Virus record (IMG/VR): IMGVR_UViG_3300027580_000001
Direction: 5' to 3' (one strand)
Origin: a virus
DNA: 53,576 nucleotides
Of this stretch, positions 1-9,017 are shown in pieces. The translations under genes and the position numbers were made by a program. How positions within the stretch are numbered: position 1 is the stretch's first letter; each line of letters starts with the position of its first letter. Under the pieces are notes generated by a model. That model had not been told where the DNA came from, did no database searches, and saw only the letters and a list, made by a program, of their open reading frames with translations.

Positions 1-1
1 C

Positions 2-361
2 TCCCCGAGCGGCTGGAAGTCCGACGGCTCCTGGGCCCGCCGGTACGGCCGCATCCGCGGCCTCGGCGAGTTCCTCCGGAGCGTCGACGTGCCGGTCGCC
101 GGCCTGATCGGAAGCATGCTCGGTCGGTTCCTCGCTGCGACGGGTGACGTCTTCGCCCGTCGCCAGCTCCACATCACGATCTACACCGAGGAGCGCGAGG
201 GCGGCACCCGCATCCACCTGTACGCTCACGACGAGCCCAACTCGCTGAATCCGCTGACGGCGTGGCGTCACTACGTCGGGAAGGGTTGGTCGGCGAAGAA
301 GGGCGTCCGGAAGGCCCGGGACGTCCTCGAGGAACGGGAGATCCCCTACACCAGGCCATGA
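2..361 (+). CDS. Hypothetical protein, 5'-truncated (frame open from the window edge)
   Basis: Frame of ORF 89..361 has no stop back to position 2; its stop overlaps the next start (ATGA at 358-361). Confidence 0.6.
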   Translation, partial: SPSGWKSDGSWARRYGRIRGLGEFLRSVDVPVAGLIGSMLGRFLAATGDVFARRQLHITIYTEEREGGTRIHLYAHDEPNSLNPLTAWRHYVGKGWSAKKGVRKARDVLEEREIPYTRP

Positions 362-609
362 TCCCGCTGAAGGGTGAGCCGCGGAAACGCGCGAAGCAGC
401 TGACCCGGAAGGTCGCCTCGAGTCCCGTTCTCCCGCTGCTCGGCATCACGAAGGCGGTCGAGACCGTCATCGCCGGCGGGCCCACCGGTCGGTGGCTCGC
501 CTACGCCGCCCTCGTGACCATCGTCTGGGTGTTCGCCGAGGACCTCCAGCGCCGAGCGGAGGAGGCCACCGAGACCGTCCAGGACGCCGTCGACGGCGAG
601 GAGGCATAG
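358..609 (+). CDS. Small membrane protein (two hydrophobic segments, acidic C-tail; holin-like topology)
   Basis: ATG at 358 is coupled to the upstream stop; hydrophobic stretches SPVLPLLGITKAVETVIAGG and WLAYAALVTIVWVFA. Confidence 0.65.
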   Translation: MIPLKGEPRKRAKQLTRKVASSPVLPLLGITKAVETVIAGGPTGRWLAYAALVTIVWVFAEDLQRRAEEATETVQDAVDGEEA

Positions 610-614
610 CACCG

Positions 615-860
615 ATGGGACGCAAGACGCTGACCATCCCGGAGGAGATCTACGAGGACCTCGACGACGTCAACCGCGAGGACGAGTCGTTCGGCGACAC
701 GATCGCCCGGCTCGTCGACGCCGTCGAGGGCGGCGAACTCGGGGACGGTACCGGTGAACACGACCCGAACACACTCACCGAGGACCACATCCCCGACATC
801 GCCGGCGCGACGGCCCGCGAGACAGCCGACATCCTCGAAGAACGCCTGCGGGGACGGTGA
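615..860 (+). CDS. Small DNA-binding protein, archaeal VapB-antitoxin-like (RHH-type N-terminus)
   Basis: MGRKTLTIPEEIYEDLDDVNREDESFGDTIARLV resembles the archaeal antitoxin pattern KTI.I.eevY..L...K...ESFSd.I.RL. Confidence 0.6.
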   Translation: MGRKTLTIPEEIYEDLDDVNREDESFGDTIARLVDAVEGGELGDGTGEHDPNTLTEDHIPDIAGATARETADILEERLRGR

Positions 861-888
861 ACACGCGATGAACACAGTGGACTGACAC

Positions 889-1197
889 ATGGGATACACC
901 TTCAACTGCGACTGCTGCGAGGACCGCTACGACCGCGCCCCCGCCTTCATGGGCGAGTTCCGCGAGTCGTTCCTCAAGACGTCGCCGTCGACGCTCACCC
1001 AGCTCTTCCAGCCAGGGGAGACCGTCACGCTCTGCCGAGAGTGCTCCGAGACCCTGTTCCTCGCGGGCAAGGTCGCCGTCTGCCGTCGCTGCGGCTTCAC
1101 CGAGGCCGCCGCCGACCTCCCGCCAGGCCTCGAGGACTGCCCTGGCTGCGACGAGTCGGACTCCCTCACCTTCCGCGGGGCCGATCACGATGACTGA
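889..1197 (+). CDS. Zn-finger hypothetical protein
   Basis: Four CxxC-type pairs (CDCC, CREC, CRRC, CPGC). Confidence 0.65.
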   Translation: MGYTFNCDCCEDRYDRAPAFMGEFRESFLKTSPSTLTQLFQPGETVTLCRECSETLFLAGKVAVCRRCGFTEAAADLPPGLEDCPGCDESDSLTFRGADHDD

Positions 1198-1408
1198 GCA
1201 CTGTACGAACTGCGGCTCCCCGGTCGACCACACCGAGGAGCACCACGTCGACGAGCAGCGCGGGAACAACGACCCCGACAACCTCACCTCGAGGTGCCGG
1301 CGCTGTCACCACGACCGCGCCCACAACAACCCTCGCGCCGTCGACGACCAAACCACCCAACGGTACGGCCCTCAGCGTCCCGCGACCGGGCCGCCGTCGC
1401 CGTTCTGA
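1190..1408 (+). CDS. HNH endonuclease (packaging-associated type)
   Basis: CTNC...EHHVDEQRGNNDPDNLTSRCRRCHH is an HNH/Zn motif; lies just upstream of the terminase genes. Confidence 0.85.
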   Translation: MTEHCTNCGSPVDHTEEHHVDEQRGNNDPDNLTSRCRRCHHDRAHNNPRAVDDQTTQRYGPQRPATGPPSPF

Positions 1409-1421
1409 ACGAAACACCCCC

Positions 1422-1946
1422 ATGGACCACCAACCAGACGACCTCGTCGGCGAGCCCGTCGACGACGTCCCAGAGCGCGAGCCGGACGAGTACTGTAACG
1501 CCCGGCGAACGCGGGACGGCACCTTCATCGGGTACTGTAAGCGGACCTCCGGCTGGGGGACCGAGCGGGACAGCGGCCGCTGCAGCTCCCACGGTGGCTC
1601 GGGCGGCTCGAGCGACGAGCACGAGGGCAATGACTGGGCGGCGACCCACGGCGCGTACTCGGACTCGTTCGTCCAGGACTTCCTCACCGAGGAGGAGATC
1701 GAGCGCGTCCGACAGGCCGAGGACCTCCTCGAGGAGCCGGAGTCGGCGCAGGCACTCGCGCGGACGGTCGCCGGCATCACGCTCGAGCAGTTCCGGCGGA
1801 CGGGCGACGAGCGGTTCCTCCGTCGCTACGAGTCGATCAGCGACACGTTCGGCATCGCGCCGGACGACGAGCTCACGGTGAACCACGAGGGGCTCGAGGA
1901 CGCCTTCATGTCGAACCTTCGCGACTACCACGAGAACGATGACTGA
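1422..1946 (+). CDS. Putative terminase small subunit 1 (HGG-motif type)
   Basis: GRCSSHGG and NDWAATHGAYS resemble the HGGxSTG and N.NA.kHG.Y motifs of TerS-like proteins; position upstream of TerL. Confidence 0.6.
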   Translation: MDHQPDDLVGEPVDDVPEREPDEYCNARRTRDGTFIGYCKRTSGWGTERDSGRCSSHGGSGGSSDEHEGNDWAATHGAYSDSFVQDFLTEEEIERVRQAEDLLEEPESAQALARTVAGITLEQFRRTGDERFLRRYESISDTFGIAPDDELTVNHEGLEDAFMSNLRDYHENDD

Positions 1947-3189
1947 CGACACACTCTCCCTCGAGGAGCTACCGCAGCCGGCTGAACAGACCACGGTCCA
2001 TCCCGATGAGCTCCGCGTCGACGGCGAGAACCCGAACGAGCAGAGCGACGAGATGTTCGGGCTGCTCTGCGACAACCTGCGGGACAAGGGCTGGATCGGC
2101 AACGCCATCATCGCGAACACGGGCGACCTCCCCGGCTACGACGGCGAGGCCGAGGGCCTGATCGCCGACGGGGAGCATCGCTGGCGAGCCGCCCAGGAGG
2201 TCGGCCTCGACGAGGTCCCCGTCAAACTGTACGACTTCGAGGACGATGCCCAGCGCCGCCTCTGGCGCCAGGAGCTGAACAAGATCTCCGGTGAGCACGA
2301 CTCGACCCGGGACGCCCTCGAGTACGACTACCTCCTGAACGAGGGCCGGTCGGACGACGTCCAGGACCTCGTCGACGCGACCGACGAGGACCTCGACGAG
2401 CTGCTCGCCGAGATCCGGGTCGACAACTCGACGTCGCCGGCGTACGAGTACGCGCCGTCGACGGACATCCACTACGAGGACGCGGTCGAGGGCATCCGGG
2501 AGCGCGTCGACGACGACGCCGTCGACCTGGTGCTAACCGACCCACCCTACGGCGTGGACGTCGACCTGACGGAGACGCTCGGCGCCACCGACGTCGACCA
2601 CGGGGGCGACCTCGAGAACGACGGCTACGAGGAGGCGGTCGACCTCTGGCGCGCGGTCGTCCCCGAGCTGAAGCGAGTGCTCGGCGAGGACGGCCACCTC
2701 TACGCCTTCGCGTCCTGGAAGACGTACGACGACTTCCGGGACGTCCTCGAGGAGGTCGGCTTCGAGGTCGTCAACTGCGTCGTCTGGCTGAAGTCGACGC
2801 CGAACAACCAGACGGCGTTCGGGAGCGGGAACGTCCGGTACGGCTACCAGCACGAGTTCATCCTCTACGCCGTCCACGACACCTCGGAGGCCCGGCCGCT
2901 CGACCGGACGCTCTCGGACATCATCCTCCACAAGCACTCCTCGCAGGACAACGAGCACCCGACCGAGAAGCCGGTCGGCCTCCTGGAGACGCTGCTCGAG
3001 CAGTCGTCCGCCCGGGAGGACGTCGTCCTGGACCCGTTCCTCGGCTCGGGGTCGACGGCGGTCGCCGCCATCCGGAACGAGCGCGACTGCGTCGGCTTCG
3101 AGCTCGACGAGGAGACCTACCGGCAGGTCATCGAGCGCCGCGTCGCCGAGGCCGAGCGCCAGCTCGAGGCGACGGTCAACGCCGACTGA
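1939..3189 (+). CDS. ParB/Srx-domain-fused N4/N6 DNA methyltransferase (beta class)
   Basis: N-terminal ENPNEQ...IADGEHRWRAA (ParB-N); DLVLTDPPY catalytic motif precedes HPTEKP and VLDPFLGSGSTAVAA (SAM-binding motif). Confidence 0.92.
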   Translation: MTDDTLSLEELPQPAEQTTVHPDELRVDGENPNEQSDEMFGLLCDNLRDKGWIGNAIIANTGDLPGYDGEAEGLIADGEHRWRAAQEVGLDEVPVKLYDFEDDAQRRLWRQELNKISGEHDSTRDALEYDYLLNEGRSDDVQDLVDATDEDLDELLAEIRVDNSTSPAYEYAPSTDIHYEDAVEGIRERVDDDAVDLVLTDPPYGVDVDLTETLGATDVDHGGDLENDGYEEAVDLWRAVVPELKRVLGEDGHLYAFASWKTYDDFRDVLEEVGFEVVNCVVWLKSTPNNQTAFGSGNVRYGYQHEFILYAVHDTSEARPLDRTLSDIILHKHSSQDNEHPTEKPVGLLETLLEQSSAREDVVLDPFLGSGSTAVAAIRNERDCVGFELDEETYRQVIERRVAEAERQLEATVNAD

Positions 3190-3231
3190 CTGCCCGCGTG
3201 TTGCGACTGTTGAGGCTGAACACAACTGAAC

Positions 3232-3693
3232 ATGAGCGACGTAAACTACGAAGCTGTCGACATCCCCGACGACAAGCCGCCGTCCGAATACCACTGGACG
3301 GAGCGGCGGGCGGAGATCCTACAGCTCATCGAGAAGGCCGGCCACCCGGACTCAATCAGTCCGACTCGTTTAGCCGACCGCTACGGCGTCTCGAAGAGCC
3401 AGATCTCCCAAGACAAATCTCGTCTCCAGGAGTTCATCGTCGAGCAGATCGACGAGCCGGCCGTCGACGCGATCACCTCGACAGTCTTCCAGACGGCGGT
3501 CCAGGAACTGATGGATAACGACGAGTACCGGAAGGCGGCGAAGACCGTCGCCGACTGGAACGACTGGCTGGCCGACCGCGGCCACGTCGAGCGCGAGCCC
3601 GATCGCCTCGAGGCGAACGTCAGCCTCGAGGACCAGTTCATGTCGAACCTGAAGGACTACCACGGAGGTGACGACGACGATGTCGAGGAGTAA
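3232..3693 (+). CDS. HTH protein, putative terminase small subunit 2
   Basis: HTH SPTRLADRYGVSKSQISQDKSRL; overlaps the TerL start; shares its C-terminal motif with 1422..1946. Confidence 0.6.
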   Translation: MSDVNYEAVDIPDDKPPSEYHWTERRAEILQLIEKAGHPDSISPTRLADRYGVSKSQISQDKSRLQEFIVEQIDEPAVDAITSTVFQTAVQELMDNDEYRKAAKTVADWNDWLADRGHVEREPDRLEANVSLEDQFMSNLKDYHGGDDDDVEE

Positions 3694-5341
3694 CTCCGCC
3701 CCCGGCGTTCGCGGCGCCGGCGGGCCCGACGACGTCGACGCGCCGAAGCCCCCCGCGCACTACGCGCAGCGGGCCGACGCCGGCGACGAGACCTGGATCG
3801 AGGACGCCATCGAGGACTACCTCGGCATCCGCGTCGGTGAGACCCAGCGCCGGATCTGCCGCGCCGTCGCGACGAACAAGCAGCTGCTCGTCGTCTCCGC
3901 GAACTCGCTCGGGAAGTCGTACATCCTGGCGGCGATCACCATCGTCTGGCTGTTCTGCCGGTACCCCGCCGCGGCGTTCGCGACGTCGGGGACCGAGCGG
4001 AAGATGAAGCGGACGTACTGCAAGCCCGTCGAGAGCCTCCACGGCGACGCCCGGATCCCGCTCCCCGGCGAGTACAAGAGCCGGCCCGAGCGCATCGAGA
4101 TCGACGGCGAGCCCGAGCACTTCTTCGAGGCCAGCTCCCCCAGGGACGCCGGCGAGCTCGAGGGCGTCCACAACGCCTTCACGCTCTCGATGATCGAGGA
4201 GGCTGACAAGCCCGCCGTCGACGAGGACGTCATCGAGGCGATGCGGTCACTCGCGACCGACGACCGCGACCGCCTCATCCTCATCGCGAACCCGCCCGAG
4301 GACGAGACGAACTCGATCTACCCGCTGATGGACGACCACCCGAACTGGGAGGTCGTCCGCTTCTCGACGTTCGACGCGCACAACGTCCAGGTCGAGCGCG
4401 GGAACATCGACGAGCCGAAGATCGACGGCATCGCGGGCATCAGCAAGCTCGAGGACGACTGGGTCGAGCACAACAACACGCCCTGGCCCGGCATCGAGAC
4501 CGCGCTGCGCGTCTCGGCGCCGAAGCTCTCGCCCGACGGCGAGCTCGTGTTCGAGCGCGACGACGACCTCGAGGACAACCCCGACTTCCGGGCGGACCTC
4601 TCGAAGCGATGGTACCGGCGCCGCGCCGGCATCATGCCGCCCGAGGGCGCGTCCGTCCACCGGCCGTACGGCGCCGGCGTCGCGAAGGACGCCTACACCG
4701 ACCGGCTCACCGTCGAGCCCCGGCGCCCACTCGGCACCGGGATCGACGTCGCCGGCCCGGGCTCGGACGAGACCGTGCTGATCACGTACTGGTCGCCCGG
4801 GCTGTTCACGGTCCGGTACACGGCCCAGAACACGGACTACCCCGAGCAGGAGCAGGAGATCATGGCCGACTCCCGGCTCGGTGGCGATCGCCGCCACCCG
4901 GTCGCCGTCGACGCCGCCGGCGAGGGGTCCGGCCTGGCGGGCTACCTCGATGACCGCTGGCCCGACGTCTACCGGTTCGGCTCGGACAAGAAGCCGCTCA
5001 CCGAGGGCACCGCCGACGGCAACCCCTACGGGAAGATCAACTACGAGGACCAGCGGGCGGAGGCCCTCGCCGCCCTCGGCAACGTCCTCGAGGACGTCCA
5101 GTACTCGGACCGCGACCTTCGCGACCAGCTGGTCATCGGCGGTCGCACCATCGAGAACAGCACGAAGACGCTCGACAGCCGGGGCGAGCACGGCGCCGAG
5201 GTCGTCACCGTCAACTCGAAGGACGTCATCGAGGAGCGGCTCGGCCACTCGCCGGACTACCTGGACGCCGCCGCGCAGGCGGTCTGGGCCGCCGAGTGTA
5301 CCGAGCAGGACCTCAGCCCCGACGACGTCGTCGTACTCTAA
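3680..5341 (+). CDS. terL: Terminase large subunit
   Basis: Walker A-like ANSLGKS, Walker B SMIEEAD, RNase H-like nuclease GIDVAG / DAAGEGSG / SPDYLDA; GGAGGTG RBS at 3664-3670 supports the ATG at 3680. Confidence 0.9.
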   Translation: MSRSNSAPGVRGAGGPDDVDAPKPPAHYAQRADAGDETWIEDAIEDYLGIRVGETQRRICRAVATNKQLLVVSANSLGKSYILAAITIVWLFCRYPAAAFATSGTERKMKRTYCKPVESLHGDARIPLPGEYKSRPERIEIDGEPEHFFEASSPRDAGELEGVHNAFTLSMIEEADKPAVDEDVIEAMRSLATDDRDRLILIANPPEDETNSIYPLMDDHPNWEVVRFSTFDAHNVQVERGNIDEPKIDGIAGISKLEDDWVEHNNTPWPGIETALRVSAPKLSPDGELVFERDDDLEDNPDFRADLSKRWYRRRAGIMPPEGASVHRPYGAGVAKDAYTDRLTVEPRRPLGTGIDVAGPGSDETVLITYWSPGLFTVRYTAQNTDYPEQEQEIMADSRLGGDRRHPVAVDAAGEGSGLAGYLDDRWPDVYRFGSDKKPLTEGTADGNPYGKINYEDQRAEALAALGNVLEDVQYSDRDLRDQLVIGGRTIENSTKTLDSRGEHGAEVVTVNSKDVIEERLGHSPDYLDAAAQAVWAAECTEQDLSPDDVVVL

Positions 5342-5343
5342 CT

Positions 5344-5523
5344 ATGCAAGTAACCATCATGTGGACCGGAGAAGCCGCGGACGCACAGGGCCGAGAAACG
5401 AAGTGGACCGGGATCGACTGGGTCGAGGAGCATCCCGACGAGCTCCTTCTACACACCGAGGAGGGCGATCACCCGGTCGTGGTCGATCGGGACTACGTCA
5501 TCGCCTTCAACCGAACGGAGTGA
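5344..5523 (+). CDS. Small hypothetical protein (59 aa)
   Basis: ATG 3 nt after the TerL stop; acidic composition; fills the TerL-portal gap. Confidence 0.6.
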   Translation: MQVTIMWTGEAADAQGRETKWTGIDWVEEHPDELLLHTEEGDHPVVVDRDYVIAFNRTE

Positions 5524-5529
5524 TCCTGA

Positions 5530-8085
5530 ATGCGTGATGCCGCGTCTGGACGAGAGGTCCCAGAAGAGGCCTCGCTCGCGCCATCGCAGGATGGCGAGGC
5601 GTCACCGCAGGCCCGCGACGAACGGGCGACGGTCGTCGGTCGCGAGGAGCACACCGAGGAGCCGTCGTACGACGACGTCACCGACTGGGTCGAGTGCTAC
5701 GAGTCGAACCCCCTGGTCCGCGTTCCGGTCCAAAACTTCGCCTCCGACGTCACCGAGCCCGGCGTCGCCGTCGCCGTCGACACCGGCGATGGCTCGATGC
5801 CGACGGTCCCGAACGACTACCGGGACAACACGTACGCCGGGATGGACCTCGACGACGCGCTCGAGGCCTGGCTGTCGGACTGCTACATCGACGGCTGGGA
5901 CTTCGACGCCGACATCGTCGACCTCCTCGACGCCGTCGTGAAGGACCGCCGCGGCCGGCGCGGCACCGCCATCGTCGAGCACGCCTACGACGACCCGGAG
6001 AAGCGCGAGCGCGTCCTCGGGCTCCGCCCCATCAAGGTGGAGACGGTCACCGCCTACACGCGCTCCGGGAAGGGCATCGTACTCCGGCCTGACGACGACG
6101 TCGGCGAGTTCGAGAGCGTCGCCGTCCAGGACCTCAGCGACTCTCGCGACGAGGCGCCGAAGACACCGGCCGGAAAGACCGCGGCGATCGCCCAGTACGA
6201 CGACATCTTCGGCACGAGCGAGCGCGACGAGATCCCGTTCGCGCTCGACGACATCACGGTCAGCGCCTACGACCCCGACACGGGCAGCCTGTTCGGCCAG
6301 CCCGACACGGCGACGGTCGTCGACCGCGCCGAGGCCGTGCGCAAGAAGCTCGAGCGCGTCGACCAGGCCGTCCTGAACGCCGCCTTCTCGAACATCATCG
6401 CCCAGGTCGACTCCGACGAGGAGAAGATCGTCAAGAAGGTCCGCGACAACCTGGACCCGAACGACCCCGAGATCGTCTCCGCAACGAACGCGCCGGTCAA
6501 CCTGACCGAAGTCAACGGCCAGGTGCCCGACGCCGTCGACACGATTCAGCAGGAGATCGAGTTCGTCCTGGCCGCGATGCCGACGCCGCTGTACCGCGTC
6601 GGGTTCGCCGGCGACATCAACCGCGACATCACGACCGAGCAGCAGGAGGACTACACCGACGCACTCCGCCGCGAGCGCCGCCGCCTCGAGGCCGACTTCA
6701 AGAAGGTCCTCCGGCTGAAGGCGACGGAGTTCCTCGAGGGCGACGCCCACGCCGACACCTCGATCGACGTCGACGTCGGGCTGGAGATCCGGACGGACGA
6801 CGCGACCAGCCCGCTCCAGGACGATGAGTTCGACGCCGGCGAGTTCAGCACGCTGATGGACGGCCTCGCGACGGCCGCGGGCCCGAAGGGCGGCGCCGAC
6901 ACGATCGTCCCAAAGCGGGTGATCCTCGAGACGTTCCTCGACATGGATCCGGACGAGATCCTCGAGGAGGAGGGTAACGCCGACCTGGCCGCGCTCGACG
7001 AGTCCGACCCTCGCGTTCGCGATGCCTTCGAGCGCGCGATGGGCGCCGGCGGGATGCCCGCCGAGCTCGCCGAGGGCGAGGAGAACCACGTCTTCGGCCC
7101 GGCGATGAACACCGAGGACGGCTTCTACCGCCTCGACCCCGAGGAGGCGTACTGCGAGCATGAGGGTGAGGTGTTCGAGCAGTTCGACGAGGCCGACACC
7201 GACGACGTCGGCCGCCGCCTCTGCCCGTACTGCGGCGAGCAGCTCCAGAACTACGACAAGGCCTACCACGCTGCGCTCGCCGGCGGCGGCGTCCGGTTCA
7301 CGAACGTCGGGGGTGACCCGTTCGGCGACGAGGACGTCCTCACCTCGTTCCTGGACGACGTCGACGAGGCTGCCGACGGTCCGGTGACGCTCGGCGACAC
7401 CGAGTGGCCGGCCGACGACTACAGCATCCACGACCGGCCGGTGACGGCGGTCGGCCTCGGCGAGGAGGACGCTGTGGCCATCTGGAGCGAGTACGCTGAC
7501 GACGCCGTCGGCCTGATGGGGCCGAAGGAGGCCGCCGAACTCGCGACCCAGTACGTGGCCGGCGAGTCCATCGTCGACACGCCCGAGGGGAAGGGCCTGG
7601 TCGTCGAGGTCCTCACGGAGGCCAAGTCCATCGACGAGGAGGCCGAGGGGGTCCCCGACGAGATCGAGGCGAGCGACGAGTCGCCGACGTACGTGGTCAC
7701 GCTCGCGGAGACGTCGGGCCCGCCCATCGGGTTCTTCAAGGCGAGCGACCTCGAGGCCACGGAAGTCAACGCCGACGTCGACCCGACGGAGTCTCTCGAC
7801 GAGGAGGAGGCGGCCGCCATCGCGAACGGCGAGTGCCCGACCGGCGAAGACGCCGAGCTCGCAGGCGGGAGCTGGTCGCCGCCCGAGTCCTGGCGGGAGG
7901 CCGACGTCCCGGCGCGCCTCATCGCTCTCGACGCCTTCCAGTCGATGGGCGGCGACTTCGACGGCTGCGAGCGCGAGATGCGCGGCTCGGTCCGGAGGCC
8001 CCAGCAGTTCTGCGGGGCGTTCATGGACTACGTGTTCGGCGGCTACGACTACTGGCGGGGCGACTCGTTCCTCCCGGGTGACTGA
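5530..8085 (+). CDS. Portal protein with a ~360-aa multi-domain C-terminal extension
   Basis: Position between TerL and MuF; N-terminal ~480 aa has portal-like features (FGQPD, helical clip/wing region); the tail holds Zn, Tudor/SH3-like and Cys/aromatic modules. Confidence 0.75.
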   Translation: MRDAASGREVPEEASLAPSQDGEASPQARDERATVVGREEHTEEPSYDDVTDWVECYESNPLVRVPVQNFASDVTEPGVAVAVDTGDGSMPTVPNDYRDNTYAGMDLDDALEAWLSDCYIDGWDFDADIVDLLDAVVKDRRGRRGTAIVEHAYDDPEKRERVLGLRPIKVETVTAYTRSGKGIVLRPDDDVGEFESVAVQDLSDSRDEAPKTPAGKTAAIAQYDDIFGTSERDEIPFALDDITVSAYDPDTGSLFGQPDTATVVDRAEAVRKKLERVDQAVLNAAFSNIIAQVDSDEEKIVKKVRDNLDPNDPEIVSATNAPVNLTEVNGQVPDAVDTIQQEIEFVLAAMPTPLYRVGFAGDINRDITTEQQEDYTDALRRERRRLEADFKKVLRLKATEFLEGDAHADTSIDVDVGLEIRTDDATSPLQDDEFDAGEFSTLMDGLATAAGPKGGADTIVPKRVILETFLDMDPDEILEEEGNADLAALDESDPRVRDAFERAMGAGGMPAELAEGEENHVFGPAMNTEDGFYRLDPEEAYCEHEGEVFEQFDEADTDDVGRRLCPYCGEQLQNYDKAYHAALAGGGVRFTNVGGDPFGDEDVLTSFLDDVDEAADGPVTLGDTEWPADDYSIHDRPVTAVGLGEEDAVAIWSEYADDAVGLMGPKEAAELATQYVAGESIVDTPEGKGLVVEVLTEAKSIDEEAEGVPDEIEASDESPTYVVTLAETSGPPIGFFKASDLEATEVNADVDPTESLDEEEAAAIANGECPTGEDAELAGGSWSPPESWREADVPARLIALDAFQSMGGDFDGCEREMRGSVRRPQQFCGAFMDYVFGGYDYWRGDSFLPGD

Positions 8086-8087
8086 CT

Positions 8088-8996
8088 ATGACGGACCCAG
8101 CTGACGACCTCCGCGACGAGTTCGTTCGCGACATCCGGCGCCGGTTCAAGCGGATCCGCGGCGAGATCCGGCGCTGGGCTGGCTACGAGTACGACCTCTT
8201 CGGGCTCACCGATGATGGCCCTCGGCTGCCGGAGGATCTGCCCGACGACGCGCCCGATGTCTACCGGTTCACGACGGACCGGCGGAAGACGTCGGCGTTC
8301 CTCGACTGGCTGCGCCGGAGGCTCGACGACGAGCTGCTTGAGCCGCTGCGGTCCCGCCAGGTCGAGAACGGCGAGCACTGGACGGCCGAGTACATCCGCG
8401 CCGCCTACGACCGGGCCTGGCGCGACGCTCGCAGCCGGCTCCGGACGCAGGGCGTGAGCGTGGGGTCGCTCCCGGGCGACGAGGACACCGAGCTGATCGA
8501 CGCGCTGTTCGACATGCCGGCGCCGCGGGAGGGCCTCCGGACGCTGTTCACGCGGACCTACCGGAACCTCCAGGACATCGGTGCCGACACCGCCGAGCCG
8601 GTCCGGGAGACGCTGCTGACCGGGTTCGAGGATGGCTGGAACCCACGGAAGATGGCCTCGGAGCTCACGAAGGAGGTCCGCACCATCCAGCACACGCAGG
8701 CCGAGGTCCTGGCGCGGACGGAGACGATGAACGCCTACACCGAGGCCACCCTCGACCGCTACGAGCGCGGGGGCGTCGACACCGTCGCCCACGGCGAGTG
8801 GTCGACGGCTCTCGACACACGGGTCTGCCCGATCTGCAAGCAGCTCGACGGTCGGGAGATCCCGATCGGGGAGATGCGGACCGGGACGTTCGTCTTCGAG
8901 CCCGGGCCGGACGAGCCCGACCACCTGGCGGGAGAGTACCCGCTGCGCCCGCCAGCCCACCCACAGGGGCGCTGTACGGTGCTCCCGGTGCTGTAA
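8088..8996 (+). CDS. Head morphogenesis protein (SPP1 gp7 / MuF family)
   Basis: AEVLARTETMNAY...W.TALDTRVCPIC..LDG...PPAHPQGRC is the MuF signature. Confidence 0.9.
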   Translation: MTDPADDLRDEFVRDIRRRFKRIRGEIRRWAGYEYDLFGLTDDGPRLPEDLPDDAPDVYRFTTDRRKTSAFLDWLRRRLDDELLEPLRSRQVENGEHWTAEYIRAAYDRAWRDARSRLRTQGVSVGSLPGDEDTELIDALFDMPAPREGLRTLFTRTYRNLQDIGADTAEPVRETLLTGFEDGWNPRKMASELTKEVRTIQHTQAEVLARTETMNAYTEATLDRYERGGVDTVAHGEWSTALDTRVCPICKQLDGREIPIGEMRTGTFVFEPGPDEPDHLAGEYPLRPPAHPQGRCTVLPVL

Positions 8997-9017
8997 GGGA
9001 CTCCTGACTTCAGAACC

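Noticed and set aside
3198-3205. Extra GTGTTGCG copies (3198-3205, 32995-33002) as remote RHH operators
   Set aside because: About two chance copies of this 8-mer are expected in a window this size, and one copy is inside a coding region
3680-5341. Inteins in TerL or Cdc6
   Set aside because: Lengths are normal and no intein splice or LAGLIDADG motifs were seen
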